Part shown: positions 40,503 through 50,876 of the stretch, in pieces
Layout: every line of letters begins with the position of its first letter
Numbering within the stretch: position 1 is the stretch's first letter
Assembly (NCBI GenBank): GCA_965277715.1
Contig: OZ255836.1
Coordinates: 2,016,001 to 2,080,000 of the forward strand
DNA length: 64,000 nt
Source: Gammaproteobacteria bacterium
GTDB taxonomy: Bacteria; Pseudomonadota; Gammaproteobacteria; JBCCGL01
Direction of reading: 5' to 3'
Notes under the pieces: generated by a model
Told to the model about the DNA's origin: nothing
Database searches by the model: none
Seen by the model: only the letters and a program-made list of their open reading frames with translations
Program-made: the position numbers and the translations under genes

Positions 40503-42125
40503 TTAATTTACGATCTTAGTTTGCTCGCGCAACACAAATTTCTGAATTTTTCCGGTCGATGTTTTCGGCAGAGGACCAAACACAACGGTTTTGGGTATTT
40601 TGAAGCGCGCCATATTATTGCGACAGAAGGCAATGATCTCATCGGCGCTGCACACTTCGCCGTCACGCAGGGTGACAAATGCACAGGGTACTTCGCCCCA
40701 CTTTTCATCCGCTTTGGCGACCACCGCTGCCTCAAGTATCCGGGGGTGCCGATAAAGGGTCTCCTCGACTTCCAGCGTGGAGATGTTTTCACCACCGGAG
40801 ATGATAATGTCTTTGGCTCGGTCTTTCACCTCGATATAACCATCGGCGTGTTGCACGGCGAGGTCACCACTGTGAAACCAGCCACCGGAAAACGCCGCTT
40901 CGCTGGCGGTGGGGTTTTTCAAATACCCTTTCATGACGGTGTTACCACGGATCATCAGTTCACCGATGGTTTTTCCGTCACGCGGCACATCGTCCAGCGT
41001 TTCGGCGTGTTTTACTGAGGCGTCCTCCAGTGTCAGGTAGTGAATGCCCTGCCGGGCCATACGCGCCGAGCGCTGTTGCAACGCAAGGCCTTCCCAGTCG
41101 TCCTGGGGCAGGCAGAATGTCGCCGGGCCGTAGGTTTCGGTCAAGCCGTAGGCGTGAACCACCTGAAACCCCAGGGCTTCCATCGCCTCGATCACCGCCG
41201 ATGGTGGTGCGGCGCCACCTGTCATAATCCCGACGGGTGATGACGGGCGGATTTTCACTTCATCCGGTGCATTGGCCAGCATGTTCAATACAATGGGGGC
41301 GCCACACATATGCGTCACCTGGTTGTCACGTATCGAGGCGAAGATTAACGCCGGGTCGACTTTGCGCAAACACACATGAGTCGCCATTGCCGCTGTGACG
41401 CCCCAGGTAAATGTCCAGCCATCACAGTGAAACATGGGCAGCGTCCATAAGTAGGCCGCGTGTTTATTCAGCCCCATGGTGACCAAATTACCCATGGCAT
41501 TCAGGTAGGCACCACGGTGGTGGTAAACACAGCCCTTGGGGTTGCCGGTGGTACCGGAGGTATACAGCAGTGACAGCGCCTGCCACTCGTCGTCCAGCGG
41601 CGGTGGGGAAAAGTGTTCATCACCCTCTGCCAACAGGGCCTCGTAATCGGTCTCACCCAGCAACTCACCGCCGTCAGCAAGTGGGTCATTGATATCGATC
41701 ACCGTGATTTTACGGTTCACTAATGCCAGCGCCTGCCTAATGGTGGGTGAAAATTCCCGGTCAGTCAGCAGCACGTTGGATTCGGCGTGATCGAGTATAA
41801 ACGCGATGGTTTTGGCATCGAGGCGGGTGTTCAGGGAATTCAGCACCGCCCCAATCATCGGCACACCATTATGTGCCTCTAACATTTCGGGGGTGTTGGC
41901 ACCCATAATCGACACACAGTCCCCCACGGCCACACCGCGTTGCTGCAAAGCCGAGCCGAGCTGACAACTGCGCGCCCAAAATTGCCGATAGCTATAGCGG
42001 CGATCAGCGTGAATAATCGCGGTGTGATCCGGCACAACCGCCGCTGCGCGACGCAGAAAACTCACTGGTGACAACGCGACAAAATTCGCCGCGTTTTTTT
42101 CAAGCTGATGGGAAAAAACTGACAT
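40503..42125 (-). CDS. Acyl-CoA synthetase (AMP-forming)
   Basis: YTSGTTGNPKG, YGLTETYGP, GWFHSGD and PKTSTGKIQK. Confidence 0.92.
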   Translation of the reverse strand: MSVFSHQLEKNAANFVALSPVSFLRRAAAVVPDHTAIIHADRRYSYRQFWARSCQLGSALQQRGVAVGDCVSIMGANTPEMLEAHNGVPMIGAVLNSLNTRLDAKTIAFILDHAESNVLLTDREFSPTIRQALALVNRKITVIDINDPLADGGELLGETDYEALLAEGDEHFSPPPLDDEWQALSLLYTSGTTGNPKGCVYHHRGAYLNAMGNLVTMGLNKHAAYLWTLPMFHCDGWTFTWGVTAAMATHVCLRKVDPALIFASIRDNQVTHMCGAPIVLNMLANAPDEVKIRPSSPVGIMTGGAAPPSAVIEAMEALGFQVVHAYGLTETYGPATFCLPQDDWEGLALQQRSARMARQGIHYLTLEDASVKHAETLDDVPRDGKTIGELMIRGNTVMKGYLKNPTASEAAFSGGWFHSGDLAVQHADGYIEVKDRAKDIIISGGENISTLEVEETLYRHPRILEAAVVAKADEKWGEVPCAFVTLRDGEVCSADEIIAFCRNNMARFKIPKTVVFGPLPKTSTGKIQKFVLREQTKIVN

Positions 42126-42419
42126 GAATCACTCCAAGTATTTTTATACACCGAGGCTATACCAACGCATCGGTGCCGATATGCGTAAAGAGGGTAGCTT
42201 AACGCTATTGTTCCCGATGATACGTCTCGATAATACGGCGCTCTGTGGCGTTTTAAGACACCCTCTAAGCGGCGTATTATTGCGCTAAACGCAAACAATT
42301 TCATCAACGCAACTTCTGACCGGAACATTGTTATTTTTTGTTAGTCAACGGTATGCAGACACGTTACCATTACCTGCGTATTTTCCTATCAACTCACACA
42401 ATCCAAGGCATCACACTCT

Positions 42420-42899
42420 ATGACTATTTCAGTTGGCGACAAATTACCTGCCTGCACTTTTAGCTATATGGGCGACTCCGGCCCGGTTAACATCACTACC
42501 GATGAGGTTTTCTCAGGTAAGAAAGTGGTGCTGTTTGCCCTTCCCGGCGCCTTTACCCCCACCTGCTCGGCTGCCCACCTGCCAGGGTTTGTCGTTAGCG
42601 CCGATGATTTTTTTGCCAAAGGCGTGGATACGATTATCTGCCTGTCTGTGAATGATGCGTTTGTTATGGGCGCCTGGGGCAAACAGCAAAATGCCGATAA
42701 TATTTTAATGCTCGCCGACGGCAGTGCCGATTTTGCCAGGGCAACTGGCTTGGAGCTGGACCTGACCTCACGGGGTATGGGGGTTCGCTCTGACCGCTAC
42801 GCGATGATTGTCGACGATGGGATAGTGTCTGTTTTAAACCGGGAGGCCCCCGGCAAACTGGAGGTCAGTAACGCAGAGACAATGCTCGCTGCTTTGTAG
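42420..42899 (+). CDS. Peroxiredoxin (Prx5 type)
   Basis: PGAFTPTCS..HLPG and VNDAFVM.AW. Confidence 0.94.
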   Translation: MTISVGDKLPACTFSYMGDSGPVNITTDEVFSGKKVVLFALPGAFTPTCSAAHLPGFVVSADDFFAKGVDTIICLSVNDAFVMGAWGKQQNADNILMLADGSADFARATGLELDLTSRGMGVRSDRYAMIVDDGIVSVLNREAPGKLEVSNAETMLAAL

Positions 42900-42928
42900 T
42901 CTCTACCTATACACCAATCAGTCTGCAG

Positions 42929-43267
42929 CTAACCACTATCCAGTAGCTGTTCTACATCACACACCTGCGCAATCTGGCGCAGGCTGTCCGGTAAGTTCAA
43001 TAAGGTCAACGCTACCTTGTCAGCGTGGGCGCGTGCACGCCACTCCAGCAAGAGTGCCATGCCCGCACTGTTGCAGGTGTCAACTGCCGCCAGATCGACA
43101 ACAATCTCACTGTGGCCGGAAAAACGGGGCTGTGAATCCGACAAAAGCTCTGAAGCTAACAAAAGCTCTGGCACCGTGACAAAATTCAAGGCGCCCTGTA
43201 GGGCAAAACACCCCCCACCCTGGTCGACTAAGCGGGCCGTTGCCTGTGTAGTAGGTGACGCTGACAT
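42929..43267 (-). CDS. mlaB: STAS-domain protein MlaB
   Basis: VDLAAV...SAG.ALL STAS motif; operon position. Confidence 0.85.
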   Translation of the reverse strand: MSASPTTQATARLVDQGGGCFALQGALNFVTVPELLLASELLSDSQPRFSGHSEIVVDLAAVDTCNSAGMALLLEWRARAHADKVALTLLNLPDSLRQIAQVCDVEQLLDSG

Positions 43268-43271
43268 GCGC

Positions 43272-43898
43272 TTATTTGCCTGCATTTTTTTCGGTGAGTT
43301 CGGCAATTAAGCCGTCGATGCCATTGCTGTTGATTTTACGGGTAAACCCGGTGCGGTAATTGGTGACCAGGCTGATACCATCGATAAGGATATCGTAAAT
43401 TTTCCAGCTACCCTTGTTGAGTAGCTTGTAATAAATGGGAATCGCCGCCCCACCCGTGGGGGTAAACTGCGAACGCACCTGGGCGCGGTCTTCCCGCTTG
43501 CCCTCACGGTACGGCAGGAATTCGATGCGCTGACCAGAATACTGTGTTAACGATTTGCTGTAGGTATTCAACAACAGTTGACGGAATTGTTCGGTTAACG
43601 CCCGCTTTTGTGTCGCGCTGGCTTTTCGCCAGTTTTTGCCCACCGCCAGTTTTGTCATCGAGATAAAATCGATATTAGGTGTAATATGCGTATCGATTAT
43701 CTTCTGTAAAAAAGCGCCATCGGTTCTGATGCGCTCGCTATTTTCATCCAGTATTTGCAGTACCTTCTCTGTACTGTCGACGACCAGTGCCTGCGCCGGG
43801 TGCCGGTCTGTGGCAAGCCCGGCTGTACACCATAAAACCACCAGGAAGGCGGTCATTGCTCTAATAATTATATTCGGCACTATTGCCCGCGTATTCAT
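43272..43898 (-). CDS. mlaC: Phospholipid shuttle MlaC
   Basis: WKIYDI.IDGISLV.NYR; signal peptide. Confidence 0.92.
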   Translation of the reverse strand: MNTRAIVPNIIIRAMTAFLVVLWCTAGLATDRHPAQALVVDSTEKVLQILDENSERIRTDGAFLQKIIDTHITPNIDFISMTKLAVGKNWRKASATQKRALTEQFRQLLLNTYSKSLTQYSGQRIEFLPYREGKREDRAQVRSQFTPTGGAAIPIYYKLLNKGSWKIYDILIDGISLVTNYRTGFTRKINSNGIDGLIAELTEKNAGK

Positions 43899-43928
43899 TT
43901 GGTAATCTCCAGGTTGTTATAGATCGGG

Positions 43929-44390
43929 TTATTCACTCGCCTTGTCGAACAGGAACTGACCAATAATCTGTTCCAGTACCAATGCAGATTGGGTCAAGGT
44001 AATTTCGCTCTCGTTTTCCAGATAGTCCTCTTCAGCACCCGGCTCCAAACCGATGTACTGCTCCCCCAATAAGCCCGCTGTAAAAATACTGGCGGTCGTG
44101 TCTATGGGAAAAGCACTGTATTGTTTATCCAGTTTGAGGGTCACCCGTGCCTGGTAGGAAACTTCATCGTAACCAATATCAACCACCCGCCCCACCAATA
44201 CACCACCTGCGCGCACGGGTGCACGGACTTTCAACCCACCGATATTTTCAAAATACGCCGAGACCTTATACCCCCCACTACCACTACCAAAGCTGCTGAG
44301 ATTGCTCACCTGCATCGCCAGCATTACCAGCGCAGCAAAGCCCAGTGCCATAAACAGGCCGACTAAAATTTCTATCTTACGCGTTGTCAT
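43929..44390 (-). CDS. mlaD: MCE protein MlaD
   Basis: F.NIGGLK.RAPV..GGV.VGRV and GLLGEQY. Confidence 0.95.
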   Translation of the reverse strand: MTTRKIEILVGLFMALGFAALVMLAMQVSNLSSFGSGSGGYKVSAYFENIGGLKVRAPVRAGGVLVGRVVDIGYDEVSYQARVTLKLDKQYSAFPIDTTASIFTAGLLGEQYIGLEPGAEEDYLENESEITLTQSALVLEQIIGQFLFDKASE

Positions 44391-44444
44391 TTCATTAACC
44401 TTAATTATCAAGCACTGTAATCATTCAGCCTAATATCGTTTTCA

Positions 44445-44582
44445 TTTGTAACCGTTCAGCTCACGCCTGTTTTGCCCGAGTTCAAGGCGAGAGGGCGCAG
44501 TTTACACGTGTAAATGAGCACGCCGAACGCCCAAACAGCCAAAATTGGCACATCGGGCAGGCGTGAGCTGAACGGTTACAAA
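44445..44582. mobile_element. MITE-like element with perfect 25-bp terminal inverted repeats
   Basis: TTTGTAACCGTTCAGCTCACGCCTG (44445-44469) and its exact reverse complement (44558-44582); internal TTTACACGTGTAAA palindrome. Confidence 0.8.
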
Positions 44583-45370
44583 GCACTAAACATTAGGGCG
44601 GTCAGTACAAAATCCAGCCCCAGTATCGATAGTGATGCATGCACCACTGTGCGTGTGGTAGCACGACTGACCCCCTCCGATGTCGGCAGGCAATCGCTAC
44701 CTTCAAAAATGGCAATCCAGGTCACCACTACACCAAAAACGATACTTTTAATCATCCCATTAAGCACGTCTTTATACAGATCGACATTTGCCTGCATCTG
44801 CGACCAGAAGGCCCCTTCATCCACACTCAGCAGAGGCACCCCCACCATATAGGCGCCGATGACGGCAATCGAACTGAATATCGCCGCCAACATCGGCAGT
44901 GACAAAATCCCCGCCAGAAAACGGGGTGCAAACACACGTTTATAAGGGTCTACAGCCATCATCTCCAGGCCGGACAACTGTTCGGTAGCCTTCATCAAAC
45001 CAATTTCGGCGGTCAATGCAGACCCGGCTCTCCCGGCGTAGAGCAGCGCCGATACGACCGGCCCCAGTTCGCGCACCAGCGTCAGCGACACCAATACACC
45101 GAGTGATTCCTCGGCACCAAAATCGACCAGGGTATAGTAGCCCTGTAGGGCCAATACCATGCCGACAAACAATCCCGCCACCAAAATAATGACCAGTGTC
45201 AGTACACCTACGGAGTGAACCTGTTGTACCACCAACCGAAAACGGCCCAGCGCTGCCGGGCAGGCAAGCAACACCGACCACAGAAACAAGTGGGCGCGCC
45301 CAAGCCGTTCGAAAAACCCGATGCCGCGATGGCCCAGGCGCTGCAGTGCATTAAGGATTATGGCGATCAT
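44576..45370 (-). CDS. mlaE: ABC permease MlaE
   Basis: RELGPV, AEIGLMKATEQ and GVSRATTRTVV. Confidence 0.96.
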   Translation of the reverse strand: MIAIILNALQRLGHRGIGFFERLGRAHLFLWSVLLACPAALGRFRLVVQQVHSVGVLTLVIILVAGLFVGMVLALQGYYTLVDFGAEESLGVLVSLTLVRELGPVVSALLYAGRAGSALTAEIGLMKATEQLSGLEMMAVDPYKRVFAPRFLAGILSLPMLAAIFSSIAVIGAYMVGVPLLSVDEGAFWSQMQANVDLYKDVLNGMIKSIVFGVVVTWIAIFEGSDCLPTSEGVSRATTRTVVHASLSILGLDFVLTALMFSAL

Positions 45371-46248
45371 CTGGCACTCCCCGCCAGCCCAGGACGCAGA
45401 CCAGGTGTAGACAAGTACAAATCGTCACAGTAATCAGCGGCGGGGTATTGGAACGGCACCGGGCCGTCTGCCTCGCCAAAAACAAACTGCCGAACCCAGG
45501 CAGACTGGCTGTTGCGCAACGCCTCCGGTGTGCCGTGCTCGACCACCACGCCATTGGAGATAACGTACACTTCATCGGCAATCGACAGGGTTTCTGCCAC
45601 ATCGTGCGAGACGATGATACTGGTCAGGCCCAAGGCATCGTTGACTGTGCGAATCAGTTTTACCAGAACGCCCATCGAGATGGGATCCTGGCCGGTAAAG
45701 GGCTCATCGTACAAAATCATCATGGGGTCCAGCATCAATGCACGCGCCAATGCAACCCGGCGTGCCATCCCTCCCGACAATTCGGCGGGCATCAGATTGC
45801 GCGCACCGCGCAACCCCACCGAGTGCAGACGCGTCAGCACCAGATGGCGAATCAATGCCTCAGAAAGACGTGTGTGCTCGCGCAGTGGGAAGGCGACGTT
45901 GTCGTAGACACTCAAATCGGTGAGTAGAGCACCGCTCTGAAACAGCATGCCCATGCGTTTGCGCAGGGTATACAGCTCATTGCGTGGTAGCTGGTGAACG
46001 TTTTGTCCATCGACATTGACACGCCCTGACAGAGGGGTCAACTGGGCGCTAATCAGTTTCAGCAGGGTGGTTTTACCACTGCCACTCGGCCCCATAATTG
46101 CGGTCACCTTGCCGCGTGGTATATCCATATCGACACCATTAAATATCGTCCGCTGGCCACGTGAAAAAACCAAATCGCGTATCTGCACCAGTGTGTTTTG
46201 TTGTTCGGTTCCCGGCTGTGGGGGCATATCGGTCAAAATAGTCGGCAC
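45367..46248 (-). CDS. mlaF: ABC ATPase MlaF
   Basis: GPSGSGKT, LSGGMARR and YDEPFTGQDP. Confidence 0.95.
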   Translation of the reverse strand: MPTILTDMPPQPGTEQQNTLVQIRDLVFSRGQRTIFNGVDMDIPRGKVTAIMGPSGSGKTTLLKLISAQLTPLSGRVNVDGQNVHQLPRNELYTLRKRMGMLFQSGALLTDLSVYDNVAFPLREHTRLSEALIRHLVLTRLHSVGLRGARNLMPAELSGGMARRVALARALMLDPMMILYDEPFTGQDPISMGVLVKLIRTVNDALGLTSIIVSHDVAETLSIADEVYVISNGVVVEHGTPEALRNSQSAWVRQFVFGEADGPVPFQYPAADYCDDLYLSTPGLRPGLAGSAR

Positions 46249-46416
46249 GCTATTATAAAGTCCGGCACAGTGTGTCTATCCCGTTCGCTTTCGTCAATAT
46301 ACAGAATTATCCGCTGAGCGCCTCCTAACCACCCAGTAACGCCTGTATATTAATTTTTCTGGTCACTCTAGGCTTATATGGATACACTTTTCAGTATTCG
46401 TTTGGAGGTCGTACCA

Positions 46417-47181
46417 TTGTTGGTTAAACGCATCAGTATTATTTTTACCCTGGTAGTGGGTTTGCTACTCAATGCCTGTGCCAGCGTCCCTGGCGAGCCG
46501 AGTGAGCAAGACCCGTGGGAGGGATTTAACCGTTCCATTTACAGTTTTAATGAAGGCGTTGACAGGTTCTTTTTAAAGCCAATTGCAGAAACCTACCGCG
46601 ATATTACCCCGGATATCATACAAACCGGTGTCAGTAACTTTTTCAGTAATCTCGGCGATCTACTGGTGATCATCAACGATCTGCTCCAGTTGAAATTTGA
46701 GCAGACTGCCCAGGATATTGCGCGCTTCTTACTTAACTCGACCATCGGATTTGTTGGTGTTTTTGATGTCGCCACACCGCTGGGCCTGCCAAAACACGAT
46801 GAGGATTTTGGCCAGACACTGGGGTACTGGGGCGTCGGCAGCGGCCCCTACCTGGTATTGCCACTGCTGGGTCCCAGTTCACTACGCGATGCGGGTGGTC
46901 TTGTCGTCGATTATTCGATTAACCCTGTGCGCAACGTTGACGACAGCGACGATCAGTTGGCACTGGATATTGCCAGTATCATCAATACCCGCACCCGCTT
47001 ATTGCGGGCAGAGGAGATATTGGATACCGCCATCCTGGGTGATGATGACCGCTACAGCTTCTTCCGCGATGCCTGGTTGTCACGGCGCAACAATCAGGTA
47101 TACGACGGCAACCCTCCCGACGAGGGTGATGACCTGGATGCGTTAGACGAACTGGACGAACTCGATGCCCTCGATCAATAA
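46417..47181 (+). CDS. mlaA: Outer-membrane lipoprotein MlaA/VacJ
   Basis: Lipobox LNAC, DPWEGFNR, EDFGQTLG and GPYLVLP; TTG start after GGAGG (ATG at 46378 is an alternative). Confidence 0.93.
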   Translation: MLVKRISIIFTLVVGLLLNACASVPGEPSEQDPWEGFNRSIYSFNEGVDRFFLKPIAETYRDITPDIIQTGVSNFFSNLGDLLVIINDLLQLKFEQTAQDIARFLLNSTIGFVGVFDVATPLGLPKHDEDFGQTLGYWGVGSGPYLVLPLLGPSSLRDAGGLVVDYSINPVRNVDDSDDQLALDIASIINTRTRLLRAEEILDTAILGDDDRYSFFRDAWLSRRNNQVYDGNPPDEGDDLDALDELDELDALDQ

Positions 47182-47200
47182 ACCGTCCCGGTCATAACGG

Positions 47201-48172
47201 ATGAACAGCGAAAAAATCAAACAGCTGGGCGTCGCCGTCATTCGTACCGAGGCCAATGCTATCGGCGCCCTCGAAGCACGTATTGACGATGCCTTTGTAA
47301 ATGCCTGTGGTTTACTGTATGGGTGTCATGGTCGCATTGTTGTCAGCGGTATGGGTAAGTCCGGTCATATTGGCGGCAAAATCGCCGCCACCCTGGCCAG
47401 CACGGGTAGCCCGGCGTTCTTTGTCCACCCCGGTGAGGCCAGTCATGGCGATCTGGGTATGATTTGCACGGACGATGTGCTGATCGCACTGTCCAACTCA
47501 GGTGAAACACAGGAGCTGTTAGCCATTGCCCCCATCGTCCACCGCCGGGGTATTCCATTGATTGCATTGACCGGCAATCCGCAGTCGAGCCTTGCGGAAC
47601 TGGCCAATGTACATATCGATACCAGCGTGGCCAGTGAAGCCTGCCCGTTGGGTTTGGCCCCTACTGCCAGTACCACAGCCTGCCTGGCGATGGGAGACGC
47701 CTTAGCCATCGCACTGCTGGAGCGGCGCGGTTTTACCCCGGATGACTTCGCCCGCTCACACCCCGGCGGCACACTGGGCCGCAGGCTGTTGTTACACGTG
47801 AGCGATATTATGCGCAGCGGTGATAAAATACCCCGAGTCGCCTCCGGCAGCACACTGGGTAGCTCGTTACTGGAAATGTCGCAAAAAGGGCTGGGTATGA
47901 CCGTCGTTGTCGATCACGGGCAACACGCTATCGGGGTGTTCACTGATGGTGATCTGCGCCGCACGCTGGATCAAAGTATCGACGTACACCACACCAACGT
48001 GGATCAATTAATGACACGTGACTTCAAAAAAATACACGCCACTGACCTGGCCGCCGATGCCCTGCAGCTGATGCAGACCAACAAGATCACCTGCGTGCTG
48101 GTGATTGATGAGCACAACGCGCTACAAGGCGTATTGCATATGCACGACCTGCTCAATGCAGGCGTGGTGTAA
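47201..48172 (+). CDS. kdsD: Arabinose-5-phosphate isomerase
   Basis: GMGKSGHIG, HPGEASHGDLG, HPGG.LG and a CBS pair. Confidence 0.96.
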   Translation: MNSEKIKQLGVAVIRTEANAIGALEARIDDAFVNACGLLYGCHGRIVVSGMGKSGHIGGKIAATLASTGSPAFFVHPGEASHGDLGMICTDDVLIALSNSGETQELLAIAPIVHRRGIPLIALTGNPQSSLAELANVHIDTSVASEACPLGLAPTASTTACLAMGDALAIALLERRGFTPDDFARSHPGGTLGRRLLLHVSDIMRSGDKIPRVASGSTLGSSLLEMSQKGLGMTVVVDHGQHAIGVFTDGDLRRTLDQSIDVHHTNVDQLMTRDFKKIHATDLAADALQLMQTNKITCVLVIDEHNALQGVLHMHDLLNAGVV

Positions 48173-48212
48173 CCTACATTAAGCGGATAACGGTAAGAGG
48201 CCCACAGTTTTA

Positions 48213-48749
48213 ATGTCCGATAACGCACACACTCTGCAACAACAGCTCGCCGCAATAAGGGTACTTATTTTCGACGTTGACGGTGTGCTCACCGATGGCG
48301 GGCTGATCGTCGGTAACAACGGCGAGGAGTACAAACGATTTCACTCACGTGACGGTCACGGTATCAAAATGTTGCAAGCCAGCGGCGTTGATATTGCCAT
48401 CATCACCGGGAGAAGCTCCGGTATTGTCACCCACCGTTGTAACGAACTGGGTGTCGAACATGTCTACCAGGGCTGCCGGGATAAACGTATTGCCTTTCAG
48501 GCACTGAGAGACAAACTGTCACTCGACAGGGGTCAATTTGCGTACATGGGGGATGATGTGGTCGATCTGCCGGTGATGCGCCAGGTGGGTATGGCGATGG
48601 CAGTGGCCGATGCGCACGCACTGGTTAAGCAGCACGCACACTGGGTTAGTCAATATAATGGCGGCCAGGGGGCAGCACGCGAAGCCTGTGAGGCGATCAT
48701 GCAGGCACGCGGCACACTCGATAATATCTTGAACAGCTACCTGCACTAA
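48213..48749 (+). CDS. kdsC: KDO-8-phosphate phosphatase
   Basis: DVDGVLTDG, GDDVVDLP and GG.GA.RE. Confidence 0.96.
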   Translation: MSDNAHTLQQQLAAIRVLIFDVDGVLTDGGLIVGNNGEEYKRFHSRDGHGIKMLQASGVDIAIITGRSSGIVTHRCNELGVEHVYQGCRDKRIAFQALRDKLSLDRGQFAYMGDDVVDLPVMRQVGMAMAVADAHALVKQHAHWVSQYNGGQGAAREACEAIMQARGTLDNILNSYLH

Positions 48750-48800
48750 AAACCGCCGTTGAACTCATTACTTACCCGTTAAATCAGACGACTGTTCACC

Positions 48801-49370
48801 GTGAAAATTCTCCGCAGCTTAGTTGTTATACTGCTATTAATTATCGCTTTACTGTCCTGGCAGGGCTGGCGAATACCTGAGCAGACAAGCGACGGGACAG
48901 TAGCGATGGCGGCACTCAAATCCGACTACTATCTGGAAGCGTTTACCATCCATACATTGACCGATACCGGGCAGCTCAAGCACCGGTTATCCGGCGCGAC
49001 CCTCACCCATTACCCACACGATGACACGGCGTATATCGATGCGCTGCAGCTCCTCTTGAAACGCCCTGCACAGGCCGACTGGTTGGTATCCTCAGAGCGT
49101 GGCTGGTTGTCCTCCGGGGCCACTCAGGTGAATTTGCTGGGTAAAGTGGTTATGATACGCGACACCGCACCGGATGCGCCCGGTATGCGTATTGACTCGC
49201 GGGATATGCGCCTGGATACACCGATGAACACGATAGCAACCGACGAAGGTGTCGTCATTGTCTCAGACCGCTGGAAGGCCCAGGGCACGGGCTTGCGTGG
49301 CAACACCGAATCCGGGGACTTTACTCTACTCGCCAATGTGATATTTACCTATGCACCGCCACCTATTTAA
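48801..49370 (+). CDS. lptC: LPS export protein LptC
   Basis: N-terminal TM, beta-rich, HYP.DD; synteny. Confidence 0.85.
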   Translation: MKILRSLVVILLLIIALLSWQGWRIPEQTSDGTVAMAALKSDYYLEAFTIHTLTDTGQLKHRLSGATLTHYPHDDTAYIDALQLLLKRPAQADWLVSSERGWLSSGATQVNLLGKVVMIRDTAPDAPGMRIDSRDMRLDTPMNTIATDEGVVIVSDRWKAQGTGLRGNTESGDFTLLANVIFTYAPPPI

Positions 49371-49890
49371 TCCCTCCCTTTCGCTTAAATCAATCATCGC
49401 TTTGTGGCTTGGTGCAGTACTGGCCTGTGCACCGTTGGTTCACGTCACCGCGATGGAATCCGACAAACAGCAGCCTGTGGTTGTCACCGCCGACCGCTCC
49501 GAATACAGCGAAGCGCTACAGCAGCAAACCCTGATCGGCAATGTATTCGTCATGCAGGGCAGCTTGAAAGTGCGCGCCGATAAAATCATTATCTACTTAA
49601 AAGCAGGGGCACTCGACCACTTTGACGCCAGCGGCCAGCCGACCACCTTTGAACAGCTCGATGACAATAACCAACTCGTCACCGGCCAGGCCAATCGTAT
49701 CGAGTATTCAGCCACTTCTGACCAGGCTGTATTCACGGGTGCCGCCAAATTGGAAAATCCAAAACAAAGCCTGAGCGGGAATCGCATCGACTACAATATG
49801 GCAACCCAGGCCGCCAGTGCTGAAATGGATGAAGCGGGTAAACAACAAGTGCATATTATTATTCAACCCTCCACTAACCAAAACCAATGA
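49351..49890 (+). CDS. lptA: LPS transport periplasmic protein LptA
   Basis: SD..QP..V.AD and GNV...QGS..V.AD; synteny. Confidence 0.9.
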   Translation: MHRHLFNPSLSLKSIIALWLGAVLACAPLVHVTAMESDKQQPVVVTADRSEYSEALQQQTLIGNVFVMQGSLKVRADKIIIYLKAGALDHFDASGQPTTFEQLDDNNQLVTGQANRIEYSATSDQAVFTGAAKLENPKQSLSGNRIDYNMATQAASAEMDEAGKQQVHIIIQPSTNQNQ

Positions 49891-50612
49891 CCGTATTGCG
49901 CGTTTGCAACTTACGCAAACACTACAAGAAGCGCGAAATTCTAAAAACCGTCTCCCTGTCGGTTGAAAAAGGCGAAGTGGTGGGCCTGCTCGGCCCCAAT
50001 GGTGCAGGAAAAACCACCTGTTTCTATAGCATAGTCGGCCTGGTTAAACCTGACGGCGGCGATATATTGCTGGGTGAGGAATCGATTACCGACCTGCCGA
50101 TGCACGCACGTGCGCAGCTCGGTATTGGTTATCTGCCACAGGAAGCCTCCGTATTTCGCAAGCTCAGTGTCGCCGATAATATCAATGCCGTACTCGAATT
50201 GCGCCCAACGTTGAACCGCGAAGCGCGGCGACAACGTCTGACATCCCTGTTACAGGAATTTCAAATCAGCCATCTCCACGATGCCAAAGGCATCAGCCTG
50301 TCTGGTGGTGAGCGGCGCCGTGTTGAGATTGCCCGTGCGTTGGCAACCGACCCCCACTTCATACTGCTCGACGAGCCCTTTGCCGGCGTAGACCCTATCT
50401 CGGTCATCGATATTCAAAATATCATCAGACACCTGCGTGACCGGGATATAGGCATACTGATTACCGATCACAATGTACGTGAAACACTGGGTATCTGTAA
50501 CCGGGCTTATATCCTTGGTGACGGGCAGCTTATCTGTGCCGGAAGCCCCGATGAGATTCTCTCAAACCAGCGCGTTAAAGAAATATATTTAGGCGATAAT
50601 TTTTCTCTGTAG
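49887..50612 (+). CDS. lptB: LPS export ATPase LptB
   Basis: [17 protein letters not shown] and DEPFAGVDP. Confidence 0.97.
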   Translation: MTVLRVCNLRKHYKKREILKTVSLSVEKGEVVGLLGPNGAGKTTCFYSIVGLVKPDGGDILLGEESITDLPMHARAQLGIGYLPQEASVFRKLSVADNINAVLELRPTLNREARRQRLTSLLQEFQISHLHDAKGISLSGGERRRVEIARALATDPHFILLDEPFAGVDPISVIDIQNIIRHLRDRDIGILITDHNVRETLGICNRAYILGDGQLICAGSPDEILSNQRVKEIYLGDNFSL

Positions 50613-50745
50613 CGGGCTATCAGCATTCCACTGAAAACCACGCTTCCCTAAACTCCATATATTTACTTGTGTGCAAGTTAATACACGGGGCCTAGAACAG
50701 AGGTAGTCATTGTAATTTTTAGCAACCCCCTGGCAGCAGACCTGG

Positions 50746-50762
50746 TTGGCATCAGTATTGCA
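50746..50762 (+). promoter_or_regulatory. Sigma54 -24/-12 element upstream of rpoN
   Basis: TTGGCATCAGTATTGCA has the GG-N10-GC spacing. Confidence 0.65.
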
Positions 50763-50876
50763 TCACACCTAAAAAAACGCAGTTGAGTCGTAGTGAATAT
50801 ATTTTTCATAATAGATTCAATTGATTATTCAGTTTAATTCTTTCATGTCGATAACAACGCGCTATACTTGGGCTAA

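Noticed and set aside
47127-47181. Acidic DELDELDALD repeat at the MlaA C-terminus
   Set aside because: Low-complexity acidic tails are common in MlaA/VacJ proteins.
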